Positions 19,270 through 30,700 of a stretch of 64,000 nt of DNA are shown one piece after another (position 1 is the first letter of the stretch; every line of letters starts with the position of its first letter). The DNA lies in contig OZ244651.1 of NCBI GenBank assembly GCA_965218695.1, positions 1,792,001 through 1,856,000 on the forward strand. The letters are read 5' to 3'. The notes under the pieces were generated by a model. That model saw only the letters and a program-made list of their open reading frames with translations. It ran no database searches and was not told where the DNA came from. The translations under genes and the position numbers were made by a program. Source of the stretch: Nitrosopumilus sp. (GTDB lineage: Archaea; Thermoproteota; Nitrososphaeria; Nitrososphaerales; Nitrosopumilaceae).

Positions 19270-19426
19270 ACCAAAATGGATGTGGCTGGTCTTGTTATTA
19301 ATCTTGAGATTGTGCCATCCGGCATGTCCGGCCTCAATGGATATGGTCACGAAGCAGTCAGTAACATGCATGGAATGGTACACGACGAAAACGGACAGTG
19401 ATAGTTAAGGAACTTGGATGTGTAAT

Positions 19427-20029
19427 TTAGTTTTGTGCTGTTGCTTCTATCTCGTTGTACTTTTCAATGATTGCCGTAAGTGCAGTTGATACCGGAACGT
19501 CGTTCATCTTTTTCTTTTCTGCAAGAAGCTTCTGGTATGCATCAAGTGTAATGTATACCGGAATTGAACCGTTCCCCTCAAGCAGGCCCCTCACGTTATA
19601 CAGTGCAGTCTCCATTCCCCTTTCGGCAGACTTTGCAAACTTTGCCTTGTCCATTATGGCTCCTAGCGGACCAAATGGCATCTCATAGTCTGCACTCATT
19701 GTCACCCGGGTAAGGTTGCCGCCCAGTGCCTGAAACTCGTTGGTGATCTGCCACCTTTTGAACGGGCCTTCAATCTGCTTTGCAGATATCCTTTCATTCC
19801 GGATAAACTCAGTCGTCTCGCAGTCCCATTCCAGACGCTTTCCGCCAAAGTCGCCGATAATCCTAAACGTTGTGCCCACACCCATGCCTTCCTTGATATC
19901 CATTGGAACGACGGTCATGCCCACGGCATCAGTCTTGATTTGATCGGATACATGTTCTGGTCTTGCAAAGTATGTAAAGACGTTCTCTATAGGCGTCTTT
20001 ATGTCAATTGATTTGGTGACGAGAGTCAA
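19427..20029 (-). CDS. SRPBCC/polyketide cyclase family protein
   Basis: KSIDIKTPIENVFTY...GPFKRW..TRVTMSADYEMPFGPLG pattern. Confidence 0.85.
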   Translation of the reverse strand: MTLVTKSIDIKTPIENVFTYFARPEHVSDQIKTDAVGMTVVPMDIKEGMGVGTTFRIIGDFGGKRLEWDCETTEFIRNERISAKQIEGPFKRWQITNEFQALGGNLTRVTMSADYEMPFGPLGAIMDKAKFAKSAERGMETALYNVRGLLEGNGSIPVYITLDAYQKLLAEKKKMNDVPVSTALTAIIEKYNEIEATAQN

Positions 20030-20291
20030 CGAGTCTGTTTCTAGTCAATTAGAATTTAAAGGTTTTGAGAATTTTTTTGTGCCCGGCGATATTCTAAAAA
20101 ATGAATTACAGTCGTGATAGAACCCATCATGCACACGGCCAGATCGCAAGATGCCATCCGGTAGTATCGGGCGTACCAGGCATGATCGGCATCGCTCTTT
20201 CCCCGCAGGACGATATCGAACGGCACACATGCGCAGCATCCATGCCATCAATGGACTTGCAATATATTCATCCTCGTTCCATGACATACAG

Positions 20292-20813
20292 ATGATCCGG
20301 AAGCTGCTCGTGCTGATCGTTTTTGGCCTACTGCTTGTGCTGGCCTTGGCTCCAAGCGACGCATACTCGCATTCCATGTTCAACTCGGCCGAAAAGTTCA
20401 GTGCAGGCTACAGGGTGCAGGTGGCCACGGCGCCTGAGTTCCCGCAGATAGACGAGCCGTCCCAGTTCAGGGTAAGGGTCACTGATGCAGACTTTGAGGA
20501 GGTCGACAGTTTTGTCATGGGGATCCGAGTATTCTTCCATGACAAGCAGGTCGATGCCATCCCCCCCACGGCCATTGAGGCAGGGCACTGGGACTTTGAC
20601 TACACCTGGAGAAACCCGGGGAACCACATTGTAAAAATCGACCTCTACGGCGTGAGTGAGAACTCGGACGTCGTAACATACACGTTCAACATGGGAACCC
20701 AGAGTCCGTTTGGCTACATCTTCATACTTGCCATAACCGTCGGAGCCATGTGTTTTGGAGGGATCATGACATACATCTATCTGCCATGGATCATCAAGAA
20801 GATCAGGCAATAG
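20292..20813 (+). CDS. Hypothetical secreted protein with C-terminal TM anchor
   Basis: Signal peptide ending AYSH; C-terminal hydrophobic helix. Confidence 0.75.
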   Translation: MIRKLLVLIVFGLLLVLALAPSDAYSHSMFNSAEKFSAGYRVQVATAPEFPQIDEPSQFRVRVTDADFEEVDSFVMGIRVFFHDKQVDAIPPTAIEAGHWDFDYTWRNPGNHIVKIDLYGVSENSDVVTYTFNMGTQSPFGYIFILAITVGAMCFGGIMTYIYLPWIIKKIRQ

Positions 20814-20957
20814 GCAGGAGGCACACGGATGCCACAATCAACAGGCATCCAGGCATGTTCATGCCTTCCGGCCTGCACGAACTTTGGCCTCTAGGCGCGC
20901 CCCTTGTATCTGCAGGGTTCGTGCCATCAAGGCATGGCATGTCCTGGCCAGACTCAG

Positions 20958-22544
20958 TCAGTCAGACGGTCGCTCGGTTCCCGCGTAAAAGTTGTCAAAA
21001 TGAGCCTCCACATTCCAGCCAGCTACCCAATAGTCATACACCCCCAGCCTCACAGTCACCATATCATGTCCTGACACGGCCTCTGTGACGTCATAGTTGA
21101 ATGTCTGCCATCCGCCCTCCAGCGTCCCGCCCCGGCCAAGCCAGCTTCCCCACAGCAGGTTTCCATCCTTGTCCAGTATCTGCATGTTGGCATTTACCAC
21201 AAGGGGCACCGTGTTGCCGCCTCCTGCCGTGTAGTCGACTCCCACGAACAGGTCGTCGTCTCCCAACAGATCCAGCCGGATGTCTCTTTGTATCCCCGCG
21301 TATGATGCAAAGCCGTCCCCGCTTATCCGGGCAGAGGGTGCTGGGCTGCCTGCATTCGGGTCTATGCTAAACCTGTACCGTTCAAACGCGGCGCGGGTGG
21401 GTTCAGACGACGGGACGTGTTCGGCCACCTCTCCAAACTCTTCCCATTCTTGCCCATCCTCAAACCCATCCGTTATAGTCGCAAACGTTGAGGTCACCGT
21501 AACATGCTGCACCTTGACTGAGACGTTGTTGGCAACGTCCCTTGCATACCACGTAATTACCGTCGTTCCAACCGGAAACCGGTTCTCATCCTGCACCACA
21601 AACGGCCCGGCTACATCCCCCCTAGAATCAAACGCAAGCGCATATCCCACCAGGTACGGGTCGGGATCCTGCGAATCCTTTGCCGTGATGTCACCCAGCA
21701 TCTGCATGCTTACCTGTATGGAAAGGCCGTCGGCCTCAAACGTCCGATCCTCGACGCCCTGGATCACCGGCGCCATTATGTCCGTCTTGTCATCTAGCAT
21801 GAACCGCAGGACGTTTTCAAACAGCCTGGTGTCGGGCCCATGCCACCCAATTATCATATGCGTGCCTGCACCGACTACCATCCCACCGTTCCAGTCGGGG
21901 TTGTCGTTGATTATGATTGCCGGCACGTCTTGAACCGTGTGGTACCCGGTCGGTTTGTATGACTGGCCCGACACCGTGGACAATACCGTTATGTGATCCC
22001 TGTCCACTATCTCCTCCACGTATGCATCGCAGCACCAGTCAGAAAACTCCGACACCTTGTTGGGGACGTTCCATATTGGGTGTTCCTCCTGCCCGGGTGC
22101 CGGATATATCGTGCTGTACTGCACAGAACCGCCGAACTTGAACCCAAAGGCGTCCCTTGTAAAGTCCTGATGGCACGGCGCATCAGACGAGCCTGAGGTG
22201 CATCTCTGGTAGGGCGTGTTCACGAGTAACAGCAGCCGGCCTCCTTCGTACACGTACTCTTCAAGCGCCTTCTTGACACCCTCATCTCTTGAGAGTCCTG
22301 TCCTCCACGCCAGCACTACCTTGGCATCCTTCATCTCGTCTGCATCTGCCGAGCCGCTGCTTGTCTTCACCACATACCCCCTTGACTCCAGCAGTGCCAG
22401 ATGTTTGGCGCCTATAGCGTCCGTTCTGTCCTCATCATACCCGTACATCAGCACATCAACCGGTCTTTCTGCCTCTGCCTCCAGCGTCAGGGTCGCGCAT
22501 GCTGCCACGGCCAGAACCGCAAGGAGGATAACCTTGAAACCCAC
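20958..22544 (-). CDS. Secreted multidomain protein (GATase-like region, HYR-like repeat, beta-sandwich)
   Basis: Signal peptide; APVI...FPVGTTVITWYARDVANNVS HYR-like motif. Confidence 0.7.
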   Translation of the reverse strand: MGFKVILLAVLAVAACATLTLEAEAERPVDVLMYGYDEDRTDAIGAKHLALLESRGYVVKTSSGSADADEMKDAKVVLAWRTGLSRDEGVKKALEEYVYEGGRLLLLVNTPYQRCTSGSSDAPCHQDFTRDAFGFKFGGSVQYSTIYPAPGQEEHPIWNVPNKVSEFSDWCCDAYVEEIVDRDHITVLSTVSGQSYKPTGYHTVQDVPAIIINDNPDWNGGMVVGAGTHMIIGWHGPDTRLFENVLRFMLDDKTDIMAPVIQGVEDRTFEADGLSIQVSMQMLGDITAKDSQDPDPYLVGYALAFDSRGDVAGPFVVQDENRFPVGTTVITWYARDVANNVSVKVQHVTVTSTFATITDGFEDGQEWEEFGEVAEHVPSSEPTRAAFERYRFSIDPNAGSPAPSARISGDGFASYAGIQRDIRLDLLGDDDLFVGVDYTAGGGNTVPLVVNANMQILDKDGNLLWGSWLGRGGTLEGGWQTFNYDVTEAVSGHDMVTVRLGVYDYWVAGWNVEAHFDNFYAGTERPSD

Positions 22545-22718
22545 GCACTAGTACACTGTTTTGGGTATAAATCTCCGATCTTGCGTCCCCATCTGCCACG
22601 CAAGCATGTCATCAAGACGCCAGAGTTCTCATCCAGCCCGGGTCTGCTGCCGTCGCCGTGCGATTCTTCTTGTGCGGCACCGCTCAACACACATCATTTG
22701 GTTGGGGCACGAGCGGAT

Positions 22719-23162
22719 TCAAGCCTTAGAGACTATCTGTTCGCGCGATATCCTGAACGCAAACAGCGTGGTCAACAGCACCATTGCAAACAGCAGTATC
22801 CCTATCCCCAAGTGGATGGAGACAAGGACTGCGTGCAGCTTTAGATCGATTACCAGCGCGCCAAGCGTGATCTGCGTGATTACAAACACCGTGGCAAGCG
22901 TGCTTGTCACCTTGATCTTGGAGTCTGCCTGCCGGTTCAGAAAGCTTGCAACCATCGTTGCGATTACCAGCGCGCCGGTGGTAGCAGCTGCCAGCCTGTG
23001 AATCCACTCGATCAGGTACTCCTCGGACGGCATGATGCCGTTGGGGCACAGCGGCCACTCAGGACACGTGAGGCCGAGACCGGCAGCAGATATGTACCCG
23101 CCCAGAAACATCAGCGAGTACAGTACCACCATTGTTGCGAGGGCAAGGTACTGGATTGCCAA
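22719..23162 (-). CDS. ctaA: Heme A synthase (short CtaA/COX15 type)
   Basis: GLTCPEWPLC and EWIHR motifs; 4 TM helices. Confidence 0.9.
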   Translation of the reverse strand: MAIQYLALATMVVLYSLMFLGGYISAAGLGLTCPEWPLCPNGIMPSEEYLIEWIHRLAAATTGALVIATMVASFLNRQADSKIKVTSTLATVFVITQITLGALVIDLKLHAVLVSIHLGIGILLFAMVLLTTLFAFRISREQIVSKA

Positions 23163-23164
23163 GA

Positions 23165-23740
23165 CTACTCTTCTACGATAAACGTGCCCTGCATTCCCTG
23201 CAGGACGTGTCCTGGAACTGTACAGATATAGTCATAAACTCCCGGCGCTCCTGCCAGAAACGTCACGCTGCCCTCCTCTCCGGGCCTCAGGGAGGCTATT
23301 GCAGAGCCGATTCCAGACTCCCATATCACGCTGTTAAAGTCGTTGGGATCGCTTACCACCCCGAATGCATGGAACGACCTGCCCATGTTGGAGACCATTA
23401 CGGTCACCTCGTCGCCGGATTTCACTACAATGTCAGGGTTGTGCCCCTCCTCGCCTGGCAGCGCGTTGAAGGCCAGATCCCTAAAGTCGTCAGACTCTAC
23501 AAAGTTCAGGACAAACTCGTGCTTGACGCCTGTCGGGGGTGCGCCCCCGCCTGTATCGACCCTCTCCTGTTCTTGCTGCGCTGCCATTATCTCGACGATC
23601 GGTGCGGGTTCTGATATCCAGTAGTCCCACATGGAAAAGAAGATCAGGCCGCCTGCCACGCATATGCCCACCATGATCGCCATCATCTTGGCTGTCCTGG
23701 CAGGCGTTGTCCGGTAGTAGGTTTGTGGATCGTGTTTCAT
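23165..23740 (-). CDS. Membrane-anchored blue copper (cupredoxin) protein
   Basis: HAF...YICTVPGHVLQGM type-1 Cu ligands. Confidence 0.9.
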   Translation of the reverse strand: MKHDPQTYYRTTPARTAKMMAIMVGICVAGGLIFFSMWDYWISEPAPIVEIMAAQQEQERVDTGGGAPPTGVKHEFVLNFVESDDFRDLAFNALPGEEGHNPDIVVKSGDEVTVMVSNMGRSFHAFGVVSDPNDFNSVIWESGIGSAIASLRPGEEGSVTFLAGAPGVYDYICTVPGHVLQGMQGTFIVEE

Positions 23741-23754
23741 CTTACATATCTCTC

Positions 23755-25281
23755 CTAATGCGCCGGCGTCTTTGCCTCAAACGGATAATAGTACTTTCCG
23801 CCCACGCCAAACGGATCCTCTGTGTTTGCAATCTCTCCCTTGGCCGAGCTGTAAATCATGTTAATCAGGAACAGTACCATGCTGGCACCTATTATCATTG
23901 CACCCACTGACGCTATCTGGTTCATGGCGATCCACTCGGGGATTGGCGGGTAGTCAAAGACCCTCCTTGGCATGCCGTACAGTCCCAGCACGTGCTGCGT
24001 GAAGAAGACCATGACGGTCCCTATCATGGACATGATAAAGTGGATCTTGCCCAGGGACTCGTTGTAGAGACGTCCTGTGACATATGGGAACATGTAGTAC
24101 AGGTATGCAATGGAGCCAAAGGCGATCGTTCCCATCACAAACAGGTGGAAGTGTCCCACCACCCAGTAGGTGTCGTGCGTGGTAAAGTCAAGCGGCATGG
24201 CGCTGTTTACCACTCCGCCTGCACCGGCTGAGAAGAACAGGGCGATCCCTCCCACCGACCACATCATTGGGGTTGCAAACTTTATTCGGCCGTTCCACAT
24301 GGTGGCAATAAAGTTGAAGACGTGCATGGCAGATGCAGGAACCGCTGCAAGCGTTCCGACCATGAATACGGTCTTTTCCGTAAAGGACATTCCCGTGGCG
24401 TACATGTGGTGCGCCCACGAGGAGAAGCTCACTATCGACAGCAACACGAACGCAAAGATGCCAGAGTTGTAGCTGTAGATCGGTCTCCTTGAGAACCGGG
24501 GGATGATCTCGTACATCATGCCTATGGCAGGTATGACCAGCACGTACACCTCCGGATGGAAGGTAAACCAGAACAGGTGCGCATACGCGATCGGGTCGCC
24601 TCCTAGTGCGGGATTGAAGAATCCGCTGACCCCCAGGCGGTCTGTAAGCAGCATGAGGAGGGCTGCTGCAAACGTGGGGATGGCCACGAGTATGATTAGT
24701 GAGGATGTCAGGAATGACCATGCCAGGAGCGGAACCTGCCCTATGGACATGTCAGGATGCTTGCATTTGAGGATGGTCACCACAAAGTTGATGGCGCCAA
24801 GCACCGAGGAGACGCCCAGAATCTTGAGCCCGAATATCCACATGTCAGCAGCCGGACCGGGCGAGCTGATGATGGAGTACGGGGGGGTCGCATACCACGT
24901 AAAGTCGGCAAACCCGAGCCAGATTAAGGCTCCTGCGGGAGGAATCATCCAGAACGCAATTGCGTTGAGCTTTGGATATGCCATGTCCTTGTACCGGACC
25001 ATTATTGGTACAAAGTAGTTGCCCACCGCAGCGGCAAACGGTATGATGAAGAGGAATATGAGCGTCGTACCGTGAACGGTGAATATTCGGTTGAATGTCA
25101 TGGAGTCGGTAATGATCTGTGAGCCTGGAAGGAACAGTTCGACCCTGATCGCCAAGGCAAGCGCGCCTCCCAGAAACAGGAATGCCAGGGACGTTATCAG
25201 GTAGAGAAGGCCGACATCGGTGTGGTGGGTGGAGAACATTACCTGCCAGATCGGCCGTGGGCGTTGCAGTTCTAGAGTCAT
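23755..25281 (-). CDS. coxA: Heme-copper oxidase subunit I
   Basis: HPEVY, WAHH and GHFH motifs. Confidence 0.97.
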   Translation of the reverse strand: MTLELQRPRPIWQVMFSTHHTDVGLLYLITSLAFLFLGGALALAIRVELFLPGSQIITDSMTFNRIFTVHGTTLIFLFIIPFAAAVGNYFVPIMVRYKDMAYPKLNAIAFWMIPPAGALIWLGFADFTWYATPPYSIISSPGPAADMWIFGLKILGVSSVLGAINFVVTILKCKHPDMSIGQVPLLAWSFLTSSLIILVAIPTFAAALLMLLTDRLGVSGFFNPALGGDPIAYAHLFWFTFHPEVYVLVIPAIGMMYEIIPRFSRRPIYSYNSGIFAFVLLSIVSFSSWAHHMYATGMSFTEKTVFMVGTLAAVPASAMHVFNFIATMWNGRIKFATPMMWSVGGIALFFSAGAGGVVNSAMPLDFTTHDTYWVVGHFHLFVMGTIAFGSIAYLYYMFPYVTGRLYNESLGKIHFIMSMIGTVMVFFTQHVLGLYGMPRRVFDYPPIPEWIAMNQIASVGAMIIGASMVLFLINMIYSSAKGEIANTEDPFGVGGKYYYPFEAKTPAH

Positions 25282-25330
25282 CAGTTAATCCCTCCGCAAT
25301 CAGCATCTGCGGATAGTGATAAAAGCGTTA

Positions 25331-25762
25331 TCAAGTCGATGCCTCCTCTACATACAGCGTTCCGCGCATGTTGTAGTGGATCAGTCCGCAGTACTCCCTG
25401 CACTGGATGTCATGCTCTCCAGGTGCGTCGGGTGCAAACCATACGGTGTTGACCCTGCCCGGCACCGCATCGATCAGAACCACATAGTCGTGAATGTTAA
25501 AGGAGTGGATGACGTCGGTGGCCGATACCTCAAACTTGTAGGCCTTGCCTGCCTCCACATGGAGCTCGCCTATCTCGACTGTGCCGTCCATGTGCTCAAA
25601 GGTCCAGACCCACTGCTGCCCGGTCACCTTGATTATCTCGGCGTCCTCCGGGACATGCTCGACCAACCTCTCGACATTCCAGGCCTCTGCCCCGACCCAT
25701 GTCATAAGTGCAACTACAATGCCGACGTATATCCATTCAGGCCAGTTGGAGTGCGATCCCAA
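25331..25762 (-). CDS. coxB: Heme-copper oxidase subunit II (CuA domain)
   Basis: DVIHSF and CREYCGLIHYNM; probable TTG start at 25762. Confidence 0.95.
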   Translation of the reverse strand: MGSHSNWPEWIYVGIVVALMTWVGAEAWNVERLVEHVPEDAEIIKVTGQQWVWTFEHMDGTVEIGELHVEAGKAYKFEVSATDVIHSFNIHDYVVLIDAVPGRVNTVWFAPDAPGEHDIQCREYCGLIHYNMRGTLYVEEAST

Positions 25763-25764
25763 TC

Positions 25765-26025
25765 CTACCAGTCCGTCCCTTCGTATGGAGTCGGCTTTGC
25801 CTTGGGGTGCGACTCCCTGAACCGCCAGATCTGCCATATTATGGTGCCAGATACCACTGCACCCACAGTAAATGCCACAGTCATCATCCTAAAGAACAGG
25901 TTCCAGATGAGCACCCTGCGATCTACATATTCGCCAGGCTCATCACCTGCTGCAAATGCAGCCTCCAGAGCTGGAACAGCCATCATAATTGCAAATACCA
26001 AGAACAGACCAATCATACCATTCAT
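25765..26025 (-). CDS. Small membrane subunit of the oxidase cluster (resembles the subunit II N-terminal TM part)
   Basis: Signal/TM helix plus ...WRFRES motif; first gene of the operon. Confidence 0.75.
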   Translation of the reverse strand: MNGMIGLFLVFAIMMAVPALEAAFAAGDEPGEYVDRRVLIWNLFFRMMTVAFTVGAVVSGTIIWQIWRFRESHPKAKPTPYEGTDW

Positions 26026-26081
26026 TAGCGATTGACAGTCGTCTTATGTAAATTCTATTTAAGGGTTTACAAGGTTCGGCC

Positions 26082-27626
26082 GTATGAATTCACCTGCCCC
26101 TTATATCAGTCGACCAACTTCTTCGGCCACGCTCTTGCCATGTGCCCTCCACGTGAGGACGCACGTGACAAAATCTGCAAGGCGCTTCATGGCCTTGGAG
26201 CCGCCCTTGGTCTGCCCGCTTATCTTGCGGAACACCACCAGGTAGCGCAGCGCCCTCTCGCTGGCGTTGTTTGTAGGCTCGACGCCGGGATGCTCCAGGA
26301 ACGCAAACATGCGGTGCAGGTGCCTCTCGAGCTTGTCCAGCACCTTTTGCATGTCGTCATCGTCACCACCACCACCGGCATCGCGGTACCGGTCAAGCAC
26401 GTCCTGCATGGTGCGGTTCATCGTATGCCGCAGCTGTGGCGAGCGCGCCTCCTGCGCGGCCAGCAGTTTTGCCCTCTCAAACACCCACTTGTGGTCCTCG
26501 TGGAGCTGCTGCTGCCGCCGCCGGACACGTTTGGTCTCGGGAGGCACGGCGCAGTATTTTTCTGCCAGGTGCCTTGTCTGCCGGAGGTCGTGCGCCCAGC
26601 ACGACTGGTGCATGCCGTCCTTGTCAAACCTGTCATATCCGGTGTACCCGTCAGTTATCGCCACCCCGTCAAATTTGTCCATGGCATCGAGCATGAGCGT
26701 GGCCCTGCTCTGGCTGATGTTTATTGCGATGTTTTTGCCCGACTGTGCCACGTTTGCGTGTACCTTCTGGCCGTCGTTTCGCCAGCTGGTTTCGTCAAAC
26801 CCGGCACAGTCAGAAGCCTCCACTTCCCCGAGGATCCTGCCTGCCTCGTGGCCCGAGGCGTCCCCGACGCGTGCCATGATGTTGTTGACGGTGGATCCTG
26901 CAAGCATAATGCCCGTTATGGAGCGCACCGCGACCGAGATTCCCTTGAGCGGCACCCGTGCCGCGCGCAGTTCTGAGACGAGTCCGACCATGCCCTTGCC
27001 GAAGTTGCCCCGCCGCGGCAGGTCGTTTGGAGCATCTTCCCTGCGGCCGCATGAGCCGCATACTGCAGTCTCCACGCGGTGCCGCGTCTCGCACGCAGTC
27101 ACCCTGATGTCCGTGATGTCCCGCACGCGCGGACTGCCAATCGCCATCCGGCCGCCGCCGCCGCCGCACCCGCATTCCGGGAGCACCGGCACCCGCCTCC
27201 TGCCCGACTTCCTGCGCCCGAACCTGTGGGATACGGTCCTTTCCGGGTCGTGGGGGCGCGACGCCCCCGCGTGTCCCTTTCTTCCCCCGCGCTTGGATTT
27301 GCCCTCCTTTTCCTGTTTTTTTGCCCGCTCCCTCTTCTGGGCCTTCCATTCCAGGGATTCAGATGAGGGCGGCGTGTTGGGGTTTGTATAGTATGTCATG
27401 AGGCGTTCGCTGTACCCCAAGGCCCTTTCAAGACGTTCTATCCTGCCAAGTGCCTTCTCAAGATCGGATTTGAGGGTGGCAATCTCCCGGTTCCGTGCTA
27501 GGAGTTCCTCTTTTAGCTGGTCCCTGCTCATGTGCCGTGAATTTACCATGTAAAGTGATGTGTATTGCCAGCATATGGATCAGTATGATCATTTTTTTGT
27601 GACAGGAAGGACAGGTGAATTCATAC
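26082..27626 (-). mobile_element. IS66-family single-ORF element
   Basis: TIR GTATGAATTCACCTG / CAGGTGAATTCATAC; 8-bp TSD GTTCGGCC / GTTTGGCC (one mismatch). Confidence 0.92.
26101..27549 (-). CDS. IS66 transposase
   Basis: NPNTPPSS, DET, TDGY, QSCWAH and PTNNASERALR motifs. Confidence 0.95.
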   Translation of the reverse strand: MVNSRHMSRDQLKEELLARNREIATLKSDLEKALGRIERLERALGYSERLMTYYTNPNTPPSSESLEWKAQKRERAKKQEKEGKSKRGGRKGHAGASRPHDPERTVSHRFGRRKSGRRRVPVLPECGCGGGGGRMAIGSPRVRDITDIRVTACETRHRVETAVCGSCGRREDAPNDLPRRGNFGKGMVGLVSELRAARVPLKGISVAVRSITGIMLAGSTVNNIMARVGDASGHEAGRILGEVEASDCAGFDETSWRNDGQKVHANVAQSGKNIAINISQSRATLMLDAMDKFDGVAITDGYTGYDRFDKDGMHQSCWAHDLRQTRHLAEKYCAVPPETKRVRRRQQQLHEDHKWVFERAKLLAAQEARSPQLRHTMNRTMQDVLDRYRDAGGGGDDDDMQKVLDKLERHLHRMFAFLEHPGVEPTNNASERALRYLVVFRKISGQTKGGSKAMKRLADFVTCVLTWRAHGKSVAEEVGRLI

Positions 27627-27757
27627 GTTTGGCCGGCCGTCCAAGAAGATTGGGAATATGCAGGTGCAAAACGCAATTTCGTGTACGGATCTGGTAAAAA
27701 GTCACCAAGGCCTCCTCTCCTCCCGGCAGAAGAGGCGATCCCGGCGGGTCTCGGGAT

Positions 27758-30700
27758 TCATCGGGGGCCGGCACTCTGACTGCCCGTATCCTGCTGCTGC
27801 TGCCCCTCCTTTGCTGCTGCTGCACCCGGAACGTTCGTCTCCTGCGTGTTCGGGTCCGGCCTAACCACAAAGATCTTCACACCCCTCTTCAGTTCCTCAT
27901 CTAAGGCACCATGCCCCTTCCTGATGTCCTCTGAAAACGACCAGACGTGGCACTCTTTGAACCCGAGTTTTGGCCACTTTGTCATGTTGTACCTGACATG
28001 CTCCAGATGCGATACGCACTCCGATCCAGACTCCAATTCTATGCTTATCGGGGTGTCGGTGGAGTAGTCGTATGCCACAAGATCCGTCTTGTCAACTGCC
28101 TCGTGTATCCTCTGTGATGCGACGGCGACAAAGCATCCCCTGTCCAGATAGTGGGCGACGGCCTTTTCGAAGAGCTCCGGGATGTCTTGTGCCGTGCCTA
28201 CTGCACCGCAGTCAAAACCAAAGTATTCCTTCCGTGTCTCCTCGGCAACGGCATAGGGGTCCAGCCGGCCGGTGCGGGGTGCCAGCAACCCGTCATGTAC
28301 CATCTCGCGGAGCAGGCAGGAGACCGTGTCGCGGGGCGTCGTGCCTGCCACACTGGCTCCGGTCGGATTGTACCGACTCGTCACCTCCTTGAGGTTGAGC
28401 GGGCCTTTACGCAGCAGCAGCAACAGCAGGTGCCACCTTTCACGCGAAAGAAACTCCGCATCCATGTTCTCCATCCACCTGTTCCTCTCCTCCAGACGCA
28501 CATCAACTAGCGGATGCGTGTCCCCGTCCCGGGTTCCGTACCTTTCACGCTCGGATGCGACAAAACCATTCCATTCCTCCCGGGTCATGTTGGGCCTGCA
28601 CGCCTGGCCCGACTCGGGATCGAAATGTGTCCAGAACTGAACTGGCAACGGTTGCTCTCCCCCGGGCTTTGGTGCAATGCGTGCAGTCCAGCGGTATACC
28701 GGCTGCGTGGCTATCATGTTTTTGATGTCGTTGACGTACTTTGGATCCCATGCGCTTGCCAGCCTCTGCGCGTCATTCCCCTCAAGGTGTCCGGCCATCT
28801 GTATGCCAAAGTTTGTCGTAATGCTGCTAAGATCACTCTCGTCGAGCTGTTTGAGGCTCTGGTGCGCAAGTATCAGCCCCAGTCCCTTGGACCTTGCCTG
28901 CGATATCATCGTCTCGAGCACGGATATGCCCTTCATCTTCTGGAACTCGTCGAGTGCCAGAACCACCTGCGTCCGTTCCCCTAGCGGAGTGGTGCTGGAG
29001 CGGTGCAGTATCTCGAACCACAGTTTCAGCACAAACGTCTGCATCACCAGATTGATCACATTCATCGGTATGTCCGACTCGGAGAACCTCACCACGGTAT
29101 AGTGTCCGGGCTTGATCATCTCGCTGAACAGTGCAGTGGATCTTCTCTGGCAGAACATGTGCTTCATCTTGGCACTTACGGCAAAGATGTCCAGCCTGTT
29201 CAATACGGGTTCAAACGACCTGGCATCCATGGCGGCTATCGATTTGAGCGCCGCATTCAGCTCCTCGCTTGGCCTGCCAAGGCTCCGATACATCACCTGC
29301 AGGTACTTCTTCTTCCTCTCCTGTATCTTCAGTATCAGGTCATACAGGTCGATGAATGTGGGCTTGTCGTTGTTCAGATAGATGTACTCTAGAAGGTTGC
29401 GCATGATCCGGTTCATCCGCACGAACGCCTCGGAGTTCCCGTACCACCCCTTGATCATCTCAAAGAAATACCCCACGTACAGCGCCACCAGCTCGTCGCG
29501 CGCCCCCTCCTTGTCCCTGTCGTACGGCGGAAGTTCCAGCGGGTTGATTGAAAAGTTGGTCCTCGAGGGATCCATATAGTGCACCAGGTTCCTCTCCACG
29601 GTAATCTTTTCGCACTGCCGGATGAACATCTCAGAGTCATCCCCCTTGGGATCAAAATAGATGAACGCGTTTGGCCAGCCGACATCCTGATCCGCCAGCG
29701 TCTTGGCGCGGTCAAGGCCGGACAGCATCTTCCGGGTGCGGGCACCGCCTCTTATCTCCGATACCGGGACCTCCCGCGGGAGGGACGCATAGATGTTTGT
29801 CATCTCAAGGTGTTTGGCAATGACCCTGATTACAGACGACTTGCCGCTGCCGGTACCGCCCGGGAGGTACATGTGGCGCGCAAAGTCCGCCGGCGAGACT
29901 GTCACTGCATCGATGTCACTTGATACGTGCTCCCGGCCAAACCGTGCGTAGTATTCTGCGCCATCAAACGAGTCTTGCTGGCTGAGACGGCCTATGCTGA
30001 ATCCCCGTTTGTCCAGCTGCTGGGACGGCAGCACGTTGTACCTGGTGACCCTCAGGTTGGGGGTTGACGAGTCCGGCAGGTGGACAAACGACGGCATCTC
30101 TGATTGGAGCACTATGTTGAATGGGGGCGACTGCCTGGGGCGGTATCCCCCGATCATTCCCTTGGAGGCATACCTGCCCACTACCCTGTTCATCTTCTCG
30201 CGGGGGTCCGGGATGGCCCTCGATTGGTAGATCTCTATGCGCTGCCTCTTGGTCTTCTCCCGTCCGATCCTGATGCCGTCAAACTGGAATCCTGCAAGAG
30301 CCAGGAGGGACTGCCACTTGGTTTTCTGCTGTTCGGCCTTGTCCATGTCGTGGCTGAAGAATCGTGACGCCGGATACGTGTATGGCGTGAGAAAGTCATG
30401 GTTTGAGCGTATCTCCCCAAACGATATCGCATCGGCCACGTTGATGTCCGATGTCGTTCCTGCGTCGATGAGTCCGCGGACTGAGACGATTCCGTGCGGC
30501 CCCCGCGCCTTTTCGATCGCATCATGCTGCAGCGCAGAAAAATTGTTGTGAAACTCGCCGCCTGACTCCGGGTGTGCCGTCGGGGGCGCGTCGGTCTTGT
30601 TGCCACCGGACACGTCCGGCATTAGTCCGTCCAGGAAGCTGCTGCCGGGCGGTTTGTTCGTCCGTATGTCCGCGTGAAACCCGTTGATCCCCTGCAGGTG

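Noticed and set aside
22719-26025. Split oxidase subunit II and short heme A synthase as a novelty
   Set aside because: This is the usual thaumarchaeal complex IV organisation.
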